Part shown: positions 51,201 to 64,000 of the stretch, one piece after another | How positions within the stretch are numbered: position 1 is the stretch's first letter | Layout: each line of letters starts with the position of its first letter | Assembly (NCBI GenBank): GCA_964016885.1 | Contig: OZ024742.1 | Coordinates: 8,246,001-8,310,000, forward strand | Direction of reading: 5' to 3' | DNA length: 64,000 nucleotides | Source of the DNA: Eledone cirrhosa | Taxonomy: Eukaryota | The notes under the pieces: generated by a model | Database searches by the model: none | Told to the model about the DNA's origin: nothing | The model's input: only the letters and a program-made list of their open reading frames with translations | Made by a program: the position numbers and the translations under genes

Positions 51201-54200
51201 TATGTGTGTGTATGTGTCTCTCTATAGTGTGTGTCTGTATATGTGTGTGTGTGTCTCTCTATAGTGTGTGTCTGTATGTGTGTGTATGTGTCTCTCTATA
51301 GTGTGTGTCTGTATATGTGTGTATGTGTCTCTCTATAGTGTGTGTCTGTATATGTGTGTGTGTGTCTCTCTATTCTGTGTGTCTGTATATGTGTGTATGT
51401 GTCTCTCTATAGTGTGTGTCTGTATATGTGTGTATGTGTCTCTCTATAGTGTGTGACTGTATGTGTGTGTATGTGTCTCTCTATTGTGTGTGTCTGTATA
51501 TGTGTGTATGTGTCTCTCTATAGTGAGTGTCTGTATATGTGTGTGTGTGTCTCTCTATAGTGTGTGTCTGTATATGTGTGTGTGTGTCTCTCTATTCTGT
51601 GTGTCTGTATGTGTGTGTGTGTGTCTCTCTATAGTATGTGTCTGTATATGTGTGTATGTGTCTTTCTATAGTGTGTGTCTGTATATGTGTGTATGTGTCT
51701 CTCTATAGTGTGTGTCTGTATATGTGTGTATGTGTCTCTCTATAGTGTGTGTCTGTATATGTGTGTATGTGTCTCTCTATAGTGTGTGTCTGTATGTGTG
51801 TGTGTGTGTCTCTCTATAGTGTGTGTCTGTATGTGTGTGTATGTGTCTCTCTAATGTGTGTGTGTGTCTCTCTATAGTCTGTGTCTGTATATGTGTGTAT
51901 GTGTCTCTCTATAGTGTGTGTCTGTATGTGTGTGTATGTGTCTCTCTATAGTGTGTGTCTGTATATGTGTGTGTGTGTCTCTCTATAGTGTGTGTCTGTA
52001 TGTGTGTGTATGTGTCTCTCTATAGTGTGTGTCTGTATATGTGTGTATGTGTCTCTCTATAGTGTGTGTCTGTATATGTGTGTGTGTGTCTCTCTATTGT
52101 GTGTGTCTGTATATGTGTGTATGTGTCTCTCTATAGTGTGTGTCTGTATATGTGTGTATGTGTCTCTCTATAGTGTGTGTCTGTATGTGTGTGTATGTGT
52201 CTCTCTATTGTGTGTGTCTGTATATGTGTGTATGTGTCTCTCTATAGTGTGTGTCTGTATATGTGTGTGTGTGTCTCTCTATAGTGTGTGTCTGTATATG
52301 TGTGTGTGCGTCTCTCTATAGTATGTGTCTGTATATGTGTGTATGTGTCTCTCTATAGTGTGTGTCTGTATGTGTGTGTATGTGTCTCTCTATAGTGTGT
52401 GTCTGTATATGTGTGTATGTGTCTCTCTATAGTATGTGTCTGTATATGTGTGTATGTGTCTCTCTATAGTGTGTGTCTGTATGTGTGTGTATGTGTCTCT
52501 CTATATTGTGTGTCTGTATATGTGTGTGTGTGTCTTTCTATAGTGTGTGTCTGTATATGTGTGTATGTGTCTCTCTATAGTGTGTGTCTGTATGTGTGTG
52601 TATGTGTCTCTCTATCGTGTGTGTCTGTATGTGCGTGTATGTGTCTCTCTATAGTGTGTCTCTCTATAGTGTGTGTCTGTATGTGTGTGTATGTGTCTCT
52701 CTATAGTGTGTGTCTGTATATGTGTGTATGTGTCTCTCTATAGTATGTGTCTGTATATGTGTGTATGTGTCTCTCTATAGTGTGTGTCTTTATGTGTGTG
52801 TATGTGTCTCTCTATATTGTGTGTCTGTATATGTGTGTGTGTGTCTTTCTATAGTGTGTGTCTGTATATGTGTGTATGTGTCTCTCTATAGTGTGTGTCT
52901 GTATATGTGTGTATGTGTCTCTCTATAGTGTGTGTCTGTATATGTGTGTATGTGTCTCTCTATAGTGTGTGTCTGTATGTGTGTGTGTGTGTCTCTCTAT
53001 AATGTGTGTCTGTATGTGTGTGTATGTGTCTCTCTAATGTGTGTGTGTGTCTCTCTATAGTGTGTGTCTGTATATGTGTGTATGTGTCTCTCTATAGTGT
53101 GTGTCTGTATGTGTGTGTATGTGTCTCTCTATAGTGTGTGTCTGTATATGTGTGTATGTGTCTCTCTATAGTGTGTGTCTGTATATGTGTGTATGTGTCT
53201 CTCTATATTGTGTGTCTGTATATGTGTGTATGTGTCTCTCTATAGTGTGTGTCTGTATATGTGTGTATGTGACTCTCTATTGTGTGTCTGTATATGTATG
53301 TATGTGTCTCTCTATAGTGTGTGTCTGTATATGTGTGTATGTGTCTCTCTATATTGTGTGTCTGTATATGTGTGTATGTGTCTCTCTATAGTGTTTGTCT
53401 GTATATGTGTGTATGTGTCTCTCTATATTGTGTGTCTGTATATGTGTGTATGTGTCTCTCTATAGTGTGTGTCTGTATATGTGTGTATGTGTCTCTCTAT
53501 AGTGTGTGTCTGTATATGTGTGTGTGTGTCTCTCTATAGTGTGTGTCTGTATATGTGTGTATGTGTCTCTCTATAGTGTGTGTCTGTATATGTGTGTATG
53601 TGTCTCTCTATAGTGTGTGTCTGTATATGTGTGTATGTGTCTCTCTATAGTGTGTGTCTGTATATGTGTGACTCTCTATAGTGTGTGTCTGTATATGTGT
53701 GTGTGTGTCTCTCTATAGTGTGTGTCTGTATATGTGTGTATGTGTCTCTCTATAGTGTGTGTCTGTATGTGTGTGTATGTGTCTCTCTATTGTGTGTGTC
53801 TGTATGTGCGTGTATGTGTCTCTCTATAGTGTGTCTCTGTATGTGTGTGTGTGTCTCTCTCTATAGTGTGTGTCTGTATATGTGTGTATGTGTCTCTCTA
53901 TAGTGTGTGTCTGTATATGTGTGTATGTGTCTCTCTATAGTGTGTGTCTGTATATGTGTGTGTGTGACTCTCTATAGTGTGTGTCTGTATATGTGTGTAT
54001 GTGTCTCTCTATAGTGTGTGTCTGTATATGTGTGTGTGTGTCTCTCTATAGTGTGTGTCTGTATATGTGTGTGTGTGTCTCTCTATAGTATGTGTCTGTA
54101 TATGTGTGTATGTGTCTCTCTATAGTGTGTGTCTGTATGTGTGTGTATGTGTCTCTCTATAGTGTGTGTCTGTATATGTGTGTATGTGTCTCTCTATATT

Positions 54201-57200
54201 GTGTGTCTGTATATGTGTGTATGTGTCTCTCTATAGTGTGTGTCTGTATATGTGTGTATGTGACTCTCTATTGTGTGTCTGTATATGTGTGTATGTGTCT
54301 CTCTATAGTATGTGTCTGTATATGTGTGTATGTGTCTCTCTATAGTGTGTGTCTGTATATGTGTGTATGTGTCTCTCTATAGTGTGTGTCTGTATATGTG
54401 TGTATGTGTCTCTCTATAGTGTGTGTCTGTATATGTGTGTATGTGTCTCTCTATATTGTGTGTCTGTATATGTGTGTATGTGTCTCTCTATAGTGTGTGT
54501 CTGTATATGTGTGTATGTGACTCTCTATTGTGTGTCTGTATATGTGTGTATGTGTCTCTCTATAGTGTGTGTCTGTATATGTGTGTATGTGTCTCGCTAT
54601 ATTGTGTGTCTGTATATGTGTGTATGTGTCTCTCTATAGTGTTTGTCTGTATATGTGTGTATGTGGCTCTCTATATTGTGTGTCTGTATATGTGTGTATG
54701 TGTCTCTCTATTGTGTGTGTCTGTATATGTGTGTATGTGTCTCTCTATAGTGTGTGTCTGTATATGTGTGTGTGTGTCTCTCTATAGTGTGTGTCTGTAT
54801 ATGTGTGTGTGTGTCTCTCTATAGTGTGTGTCTGTATATGTGTGTATGTGTCTCTCTATAGTGTGTGTCTGTATATGTGTGTATGTGTCTCTCTATAGCG
54901 TGTGTCTGTATATGTGTGTATGTGTCTCTCTATAGTGTGTGTCTGTATATGTGTGTCTCTCTATAGTGTGTGTCTGTATATGTGTGTGTGTGTCTCTCTA
55001 TAGTGTGTGTCTGTATATGTGTGTATGTGTCTCTCTATAGTGTGTGTCTGTATGTGTGTGTATGTGTCTCTCTATTGTGTGTGTCTGTATGTGCGTGTAT
55101 GTGTCTCTCTATAGTGCGTCTCTGTATGTGTGTGTGTGTCTCTCTCTATAGTGTGTGTCTGTATATGTGTGTATGTGTCTCTCTATAGTGTGTGTCTGTA
55201 TATGTGTGTATGTGTCTCTCTATAGTGTGTGTCTGTATATGTGTGTGTGTGTCTCTCTATAGTGTGTGTCTGTATATGTGTGTATGTGTCTCTCTATAGT
55301 GTGTGTCTGTATATGTGTGTGTGTGTCTCTCTATAGTGTGTGTCTGTATATGTGTGTGTGTGTCTCTCTATAGTATGTGTCTGTATATGTGTGTATGTGT
55401 CTCTCTATAGTGTGTGTCTGTATGTGTGTGTATGTGTCTCTCTATAGTGTGTGTCTGTATATGTGTGTATGTGTCTCTCTATATTGTGTGTCTGTATATG
55501 TGTGTATGTGTCTCTCTATAGTGTGTGTCTGTATATGTGTGTATGTGACTCTCTATTGTGTGTCTGTATATGTGTGTATGTGTCTCTCTATAGTGTGTGT
55601 CTGTATATGTGTGTATGTGTCTCTCTATATTGTGTGTCTGTATATGTGTGTATGTGTCTCTCTATAGTGTTTGTCTGTATATGTGTGTATGTGTCTCTCT
55701 ATATTGTGTGTGTGTATATGTGTGTATGTGTCTCTCTATAGTGTGTCTCTGTATGTGTGTGTGTGTGTCTCTCTATAGTGTGTGTCTGTATATGTGTGTA
55801 TGTGTCTCTCTATTGTGTGTGTCTGTATATGTGTGTATGTGTCTCTCTATAGTGTGTTTCTGTATATGTGTGTATGTGTCTCTCTATAGTGTGTGTCTGT
55901 ATGTGTGTGTATGTGTCTCTCTATTGTGTGTGTCTGTATATGTGTGTATGTGTCTCTCTATAGTGTGTGTCTGTATATGTGTGTATGTGTCTCTCTATAG
56001 TGTGTGTCTGTATATGTGTGTGTGTGTCTCTCTATAGTGTGTGTCTGTATATGTGTGTATGTGTTTCTCTATAGTGTGTGTCTGTATATGTGTGTGTGTG
56101 TCTCTCTATAGTGTGTGTCTGTATATGTGTGTGTGTGTCTCTCTATAGTATGTGTCTGTATATGTGTGTATGTGTCTCTCTATAGTGTGTGTCTGTATGT
56201 GTGTGTATGTGTCTCTCTATTGTGTGTGTCTGTATATGTGTGTATGTGTCTCTCTATAGTGTGTGTCTGTATGTGTGTGTATGTGTCTCTCTATATTGTG
56301 TGTCTGTATATGTGTGTGTGTGTCTTTCTATAGTGTGTGTCTGTATATGTGTGTATGTGTCTCTCTATAGCGTGTGTCTGTATATGTGTGTATGTGTCTC
56401 TCTATAGTGTGTGTCTGTATATGTGTGTATGTGTCTCTCTATAGTGTGTGTCTGTATGTGTGTGTGTGTGTGTCTCTCTATAGTGTGTGTCTGTATGTGT
56501 GTGTATGTGTCTCTCTAATGTGTGTGTGTGTCTCTCTATAGTGTGTGTCTGTATATGTGTGTATGTGTCTCTCTATAGTGTGTGTCTGTATGTGTGTGTA
56601 TGTGTCTCTCTATAGTGTGTGTCTGTATATGTGTGTGTGTGTCTCTCTATAGTGTGTGTCTGTATGTGTGTGTATGTGTCTCTCTATAGTGTGTGTCTGT
56701 ATATGTGTGTATGTGTCTCTCTATAGTGTGTGTCTGTATATGTGTGTGTGTGTCTCTCTATTCTGTGTGTCTGTATATGTGTGTATGTGTCTCTCTATAG
56801 TGTGTGTCTGTATATGTGTGTATGTGTCTCTCTATAGTGTGTGACTGTATGTGTGTGTATGTGTCTCTCTATTGTGTGTGTCTGTATATGTGTGTATGTG
56901 TCTCTCTATAGTGAGTGTCTGTATATGTGTGTGTGTGTCTCTCTATAGTGTGTGTCTGTATATGTGTGTGTGTGTCTCTCTATTCTGTGTGTCTGTATAT
57001 GTGTGTGTGTGTCTCTCTATAGTATGTGTCTGTATATGTGTGTATGTGTCTTTCTATAGTGTGTGTCTGTATATGTGTGTATGTGTCTCTCTATAGTGTG
57101 TGTCTGTATATGTGTGTATGTGTCTCTCTATAGTGTGTGTCTGTATATGTGTGTATGTGTCTCTCTATAGTGTGTGTCTGTATGTGTGTGTGTGTGTCTC

Positions 57201-60200
57201 TCTATAGTGTGTGTCTGTATGTGTGTGTATGTGTCTCTCTAATGTGTGTGTGTGTCTCTCTATAGTCTGTGTCTGTATATGTGTGTATGTGTCTCTCTAT
57301 AGTGTGTGTCTGTATGTGTGTGTATGTGTCTCTCTATAGTGTGTGTCTGTATATGTGTGTGTGTGTCTCTCTATAGTGTGTGTCTGTATGTGTGTGTATG
57401 TGTCTCTCTATAGTGTGTGTCTGTATATGTGTGTATGTGTCTCTCTATAGTGTGTGTCTGTATATGTGTGTGTGTGTCTCTCTATTGTGTGTGTCTGTAT
57501 ATGTGTGTATGTGTCTCTCTATAGTGTGTGTCTGTATATGTGTGTATGTGTCTCTCTATAGTGTGTGTCTGTATGTGTGTGTATGTGTCTCTCTATTGTG
57601 TGTGTCTGTATATGTGTGTATGTGTCTCTCTATAGTGTGTGTCTGTATATGTGTGTGTGTGTCTCTCTATAGTGTGTGTCTGTATATGTGTGTGTGCGTC
57701 TCTCTATAGTATGTGTCTGTATATGTGTGTATGTGTCTCTCTATAGTGTGTGTCTGTATGTGTGTGTATGTGTCTCTCTATAGTGTGTGTCTGTATATGT
57801 GTGTATGTGTCTCTCTATAGTATGTGTCTGTATATGTGTGTATGTGTCTCTCTATAGTGTGTGTCTGTATGTGTGTGTATGTGTCTCTCTATATTGTGTG
57901 TCTGTATATGTGTGTGTGTGTCTTTCTATAGTGTGTGTCTGTATATGTGTGTATGTGTCTCTCTATAGTGTGTGTCTGTATGTGTGTGTATGTGTCTCTC
58001 TATCGTGTGTGTCTGTATGTGCGTGTATGTGTCTCTCTATAGTGTGTCTCTCTATAGTGTGTGTCTGTATGTGTGTGTATGTGTCTCTCTATAGTGTGTG
58101 TCTGTATATGTGTGTATGTGTCTCTCTATAGTATGTGTCTGTATATGTGTGTATGTGTCTCTCTATAGTGTGTGTCTTTATGTGTGTGTATGTGTCTCTC
58201 TATATTGTGTGTCTGTATATGTGTGTGTGTGTCTTTCTATAGTGTGTGTCTGTATATGTGTGTATGTGTCTCTCTATAGTGTGTGTCTGTATATGTGTGT
58301 ATGTGTCTCTCTATAGTGTGTGTCTGTATATGTGTGTATGTGTCTCTCTATAGTGTGTGTCTGTATGTGTGTGTGTGTGTCTCTCTATAATGTGTGTCTG
58401 TATGTGTGTGTATGTGTCTCTCTAATGTGTGTGTGTGTCTCTCTATAGTGTGTGTCTGTATATGTGTGTATGTGTCTCTCTATAGTGTGTGTCTGTATGT
58501 GTGTGTATGTGTCTCTCTATAGTGTGTGTCTGTATATGTGTGTGTGTGTCTCTCTATAGTGTGTGTCTGTATGTGTGTGTATGTGTCTCTCTATAGTGTG
58601 TGTCTGTATATGTGTGTATGTGTCTCTCTATAGTGTGTGTCTGTATATGTGTGTGTGTGTCTCTCTATAGTGTGTGTCTGTATATGTGTGTATGTGTCTC
58701 TCTATAGTGTGTGTCTGTATATGTGTGTATGTGTCTCTCTATAGTGTGTGTCTGTATGTGTGTGTGTCTCTCTATAGTGTGTGTCTGTATATGTGTGTAT
58801 GTGTCTCTCTATAGTGTGTGTCTATATGTGTGTGTATGTGTCTCTCTAATGTGTGTGTCTGTATATGTGTGTGTGTGTCTCTCTATAGTGTGTGTCTGTA
58901 TATGTGTGTATGTGTCTCTCTATAGTGTGTGTCTGTATATGTGTGTATGTGTCTCTCTATAGTATGTGTCTGTATGTTTGTGTCTGTATATGTGTGTATG
59001 TGTCTCTCCATTGTGTGTGTCTGTATGTGTGTGTATGTGTCTCTCTATTGTGTGTGTCTGTATGTGTGTGTATGTGTCTCTCTAATGTGTGTGTCTGTAT
59101 ATGTGTGTATGTGTCTCTCTATAGTGTGTGTCTGTATATGTGTGTATGTGTGTATGTGTCTCTCTATTGTATGTGTCTGTATATGTGTGTATGTGTCTCT
59201 CTATAGTATGTGTCTGTATATGTGTGTATGTGTCTCTCTATAGTATGTGTCTGTATATGTGTGTATGTGTCTCTCTATAGTATGTGTCTGTATATGTGTG
59301 TATGTGTCTCTCTATAGTGTGTGTCTGTATATGTGTGTATGTGTCTCTCTATAGTGTGTGTCTGTATATGTGTGTATGTGTCTCTCTATAGTGTGTTTCT
59401 GTATATGTGTGTATGTGTCTCTCGATAGTATGTGTCTGTATATGTGTGTATGTGTCTCTCTATAGTATGTGTCTGTATATGTGTGTATGTGTCTCTCTAT
59501 AGTGTGTGTCTGTATATGTGTGTATGTGTCTCTCTATAGTGTGTGTCTGTATATGTGTGTATGTGTCTCTCTATAGTGTGTGTCTGTATATGTGTGTATG
59601 TGTCTCTCTATAGTGTGTGTCTGTATATGTGTGTATGTGTCTCTCTATAGTGTGTGTCTGTATATGTGTGTATGTGTCTCTCTATAGTGTGTGTCTGTAT
59701 ATGTGTGTATGTGTCTCTCTATAGTGTGTGTCTGTATATGTGTGTATGTGTCTCTCTATAGTGTGTGTCTGTATATGTGTGTATGTGTCTCTCTATAGTG
59801 TGTGTCTGTATGTGTGTGTATGTGTCTCTCTATAGTGTGTGTCTGTATATGTGTGTATGTGTCTCTCTATAGTATGTGTCTGTATATGTGTGTATGTGTC
59901 TCTCTATAGTATGTGTCTGTATGTGTGTGTATGTGTCTCTCTATAGTGTGTGTCTGTATATGTGTGTATGTGTCTCTCTATAGTGTGTGTCTGTATATGT
60001 GTGTATGTGTCTCTCTATAGTGTGTGTCTGTATATGTGTGTATGTGTCTCTCTATAGTGTGTGTCTGTATATGTGTGTATGTGTCTCTCTATAGTGTGTG
60101 TCTGTATATGTGTGTATGTGTCTCTCTATAGTGTGTGTCTGTATATGTGTGTATGTGTCTCTCTATAGTGTGTGTCTGTATATGTGTGTATGTGTCTCTC

Positions 60201-60968
60201 TATAGTGTGTGTCTGTATGTGTGTGTATGTGTCTCTCTATAGTGTGTGTCTGTATATGTGTGTATGTGTCTCTCTATAGTATGTGTCTGTATATGTGTGT
60301 ATGTGTCTCTCTATAGTATGTGTCTGTATGTGTGTGTATGTGTCTCTCTATAGTGTGTGTCTGTATATGTGTGTATGTGTCTCTCTATAGTGTGTGTCTG
60401 TATATGTGTGTATGTGTCTCTCTATAGTGTGTGTCTGTATATGTGTGTATGTGTCTCTCTATAGTGTGTGTCTGTATATGTGTGTATGTGTCTCTCTATA
60501 GTGTGTGTCTGTATATGTGTGTATGTGTCTCTCTATAGTGTGTGTCTGTATATGTGTGTATGTGTCTCTCTATAGTATGTGTCTGTATATGTGTGTATGT
60601 GTCTCTCTATAGTGTGTGTCTGTATATGTGTGTATGTGTCTCTCTATAGTATGTGTCTGTATATGTGTGTATGTGTCTCTCTATAGTGTGTGTCTGTATA
60701 TGTGTGTATGTGTCTCTCTATAGTGTGTGTCTGTATATGTGTGTATGTGTCTCTCTATAGTATGTGTCTGTATATGTGTGTATGTGTCTCTCTATAGTGT
60801 GTGTCTGTATATGTGTGTATGTGTCTCTCTATAGTGTGTGTCTGTATATGTGTGTATGTGTCTCTCTATAGTATGTGTCTGTATATGTGTGTATGTGTCT
60901 CTCTATAGTATGTGTCTGTATATGTGTGTATGTGTCTCTCTATAGTATGTGTCTGTATATGTGTGTAT
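39230..60968. repeat. ~21.7-kb satellite with a 37-bp unit (gtgtgtgtctgtatatgtgtgtatgtgtctctctata)
   Basis: Continuous 37-bp periodicity. All ORFs in this span are artefacts. Confidence 0.98.
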
Positions 60969-61051
60969 TTGTGAAGAGATGAACTGATTGTAATTTCAGA
61001 AGGAAAATATTATGACAACGACATTATTGTTGTTGTTGTTGTTGTCGGTGG

Positions 61052-61375
61052 GATGGCTGGGTGGGTGAGATGTGGGGGTGCTGGGTGGGTGAGATGTGGG
61101 GGTGCTGGGTGGGTGAGATGTGGGGGTGCTGGGTGACTGAGATGTGGGGGTGAGATGTGGGTGAGATGTGGGGGTGCTGTGTGGGTGAGATCTGGGGGTG
61201 CTGTGTGGGTGAGATGTGGGGGTGCTGGGTGGCTGAGATGTAGGGGTGCTGGGTGGGTGAGATGTGGGGGTGCTGGGTGGCTGAGATGTAGGGGTGCTGG
61301 GTGGGTGAGATGTGGGGGTGCTGGGTGGCTGAGATGTGGGGGTGCTTGGTGGGTGAGATGTGGGGGTGCTGTGTG
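61052..61375. repeat. 24-bp G-rich minisatellite (gagatgtgggggtgctgggtgggt), about 13 copies
   Basis: Direct inspection; gives the QHPHISPT repeat ORF. Confidence 0.92.
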
Positions 61376-61457
61376 AAAGCTGGGGGTGTGAATATACCTG
61401 TCAGTACCAAATAAGACGTCAAGTATTCACTGCCACGGAGAAAGTTTCAAACAGCCA

Positions 61458-61557
61458 AAACAACAACAACAACAACAACAACAACATCAGCAACAACTAC
61501 TAGCACAGCAACAAAAAACAACAACAACGACAACAAAAACAACAACCAAAACAACAA

Positions 61558-61589
<32 letters not shown>

Positions 61590-61610
61590 GCAATAACAGC
61601 AATAACAACA

Positions 61611-61666
<56 letters not shown>
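61458..61666. repeat. (CAA)n microsatellite
   Basis: Direct inspection. Confidence 0.95.
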
Positions 61667-61968
61667 GATGAGAAATATATTAAATATTTTCCAACTTCTG
61701 TCGTCACTACCGATTTTATCCACCTCCACTTTCATCCACCATTTAATTGTAATTCCTACATTGTGGGGTCGGGTGTCTGTGTTATTTGGGGGGACAGATG
61801 GCCGTGGTATGATATATTAGGCTTACTCGTGTTTGGGTTGTCATCTTATTAAATACCTTTCAACCCTGACACTTCCGTATTTTGAGTGGATGTATATACA
61901 TCTCCCTCCCTCTATCTCTCACTCTTTCTCTTTCCCCCTCCCTTTCTCTCCCTCTCTCTCCTTCTCTG

Positions 61969-62003
<35 letters not shown>

Positions 62004-62089
62004 GAAAAATTGAACAGGGACAGAACAGAGAGGCAGTACGATAAATGTTTATTAAATTCACGCTCAGGAGAGTGGGGGGTAGGTGGGGG

Positions 62090-62121
62090 ACGACGTTTCG
62101 GGCATAAGCCCTTCTTCAGGT
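62090..62121 (-). ncRNA. Minimal PLE-type hammerhead motif
   Basis: ac-CTGAAGA-a-gggc(ttat)gccc-GAAA-cg-TC-gt. Palindromic ACGT helix III and GUC site; helix I is only 2 bp; about 90 nt from (TA)n. Confidence 0.7.
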
Positions 62122-63561
62122 GAGAAGTGTGTGGGAACAGAGTTCAAAAGGTGTGTAGGGGAGTGGTGGAGAGACATATAGCGAAAGGAAACGGTGCGAA
62201 TGAAAAATTAACAAATAAAGACAAAAAATATAATAAATAATAAATAAAAATAAAGCATGATCAAAATACAAGGAATGAGAAAATTTAAAAATAAAGGCAT
62301 GATCAAAATAAACTGAAATTAAAAGGGGGGTAAACAGGTGGTGGAAGGGTGTGGGGTGAGTAGGGGTGGTGGCGGGTGGAGTGAGGAGAGGGAGACGGGG
62401 TGTCCGAGCGGGGAGGGCTGAAGGTGGTGTGTGTGGTTAGGTGTGCGTGTGTGTGTGTGTGTGTGTATGTGAAAGTGAGGGTTGGGGGAAGAACGGGGTT
62501 GCATGTTCAGGAAGGTGTGTGTGGGGGGTGTTTTTGTGGGTCGGAGTGTCTGTGCGTGTGTGGATAGGGGGGTGGGGGGAGAGGAATCAGGAGTCTGAGG
62601 GTGTAAATATGTGGTGGGAAGCACGTGTGTGTGGTTTACGCGTGTTGTGGGTGTGGGTGGCGTGTGGATAAAAAAACATTTTTGGGGGTGTGTGTGTGGG
62701 TGAGTTATATAGGTGATGGTGTAAGAGGATGGTTGAAAAGTTGGTAAGTTACACGGATGTTTGGAGATTTTGGTTAGATGTCAATATCGCGTGTGGGTAA
62801 TCCAAGAAGCGGTGGTCGGAAGAGGAGAGATGTGGGGTGCGCGCGCAACAGGAAGTGGTCAGCAGTGGGAGTGCTGTGGTCAGTTGGTGCTGAGACAGTG
62901 GTCGGAAGGGCATAGCAGCAGTCGGCGGAATGGTAGGGAGGCGAGGATGGGTAGGTGTGAGAGTTGGAGTGAGGAGGGTGTGTGTGTGTGTGTGTGTGTG
63001 TGTATTAGTAGGGGTGTTAGTGGGATGAGTGAGTGTGGAGCGGGGAGAGAAGGGTGTGTGTGGTTCTATGGAGGGAGTGTGGTGTGCTGGTGTGTGTGTA
63101 GTTTGGTGAAGAGGTGTTAGTGGGTGTTAGTATACGGGAGGTGGGGAGGGATGGAATGCAGGTGTGAGTGGGGGTTAGTGGGGGTAGGGTGTGTAGAGTT
63201 GGTGGTGTACGAGGGTGTGTGGGTACGTGTGCGTGGGGTTGGAGGGTGTTAGTGATGTTAGTTGCGTGTGGGGTCGGTGGTGTAAGTGGGTGCGTGTGTG
63301 CGTGTGATAAGAAGGGGAAGGAGGAGAAGAGGGGAGGGAAGGGATGTTAGTATGTTAGTTGGGGAAGGGTGGTCAGATGAGGGGTGGAGTGGAGGTGTTA
63401 GTATTGTTAGTGTGGGGTGGGCGGTGAAAAGGAGGGGTGTGTTAGTGGTGTTAGTGGGGGATAAGTGTGGGGGAGGGGGCGGTCGAACGCTAAAGGAATA
63501 AGGGTGGGGAGTTCAGGCCGGGGGGAGTGTGGGTCTGTAAGATGAAGATTATATATATATA

Positions 63562-63745
63562 ACTTTCTACTTTTGGCACAAAGCCAGCAATTACCCAGTA
63601 CATTACTGGTACTTTATTTTATCGACCCCGTAAGGATGAAAGGCAAAGTTAACCTCGGCAGGATTTGAATTTAGACCGTAAAGGGACGTAACTATACTGG
63701 AAAGCATGGTGTCCGACTCTCTACCAATACTGCCAATCCACCGCT
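63562..63745 (-). mobile_element. tRNA-derived SINE
   Basis: Same family as 6341-6528. Confidence 0.85.
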
Positions 63746-63746
63746 C

Positions 63747-63810
<64 letters not shown>

Positions 63811-64000
63811 GGGAAGAAGACGCACGAGGTGACGGAGGTCATGAAATCGCTCCCGTAAGTTTTGAATTTTTAACATATTTAAATCATTTGTGAAATAACA
63901 ACTCTTAGTACAAATGCTACGTAAAGCACCCGGCTTGAGCCCCAAAAAATTCGGACCCAAAATATATTGTTATAAGGCTCAAATATTCAAATATTCAACT

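Noticed and set aside
39230-60968. Dozens of Cys/Val-rich ORFs
   Set aside because: They are translations of the 37-bp satellite and have no coding signature.
61024-61422. QHPHISPT-repeat protein
   Set aside because: It is the in-frame translation of a 24-bp minisatellite with no other coding evidence.

Overview
AT-rich, repeat-dominated animal genomic DNA with no intact host gene visible. The SINE families suggest a cephalopod such as Octopus, which is an inference. Almost all listed ORFs are microsatellite or satellite artefacts. The real coding remnants belong to Penelope-like retroelements (PLEs: RT plus GIY-YIG endonuclease). The main signal is a dense set of type I hammerhead ribozymes (HHRs), more than 20 intact or degenerate motifs from about 8 different sequence families. 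The most striking is a near-perfect 310-bp tandem array at 8414-11686 with one minimal HHR per unit: 3 units on the minus strand, an inversion, then 7 units on the plus strand. It looks like a young non-autonomous retrozyme that could produce circular RNA. Several HHR/PLE insertions share one architecture, a divergent inverted duplication with 3' ends running outward into (TA)n. The window also holds many tRNA-derived SINEs, two non-autonomous Helitron-like elements, a 43-bp minisatellite and a ~21.7-kb 37-bp satellite with a ~5.4-kb higher-order duplication. All structures were read by eye; no folding or database search was run.
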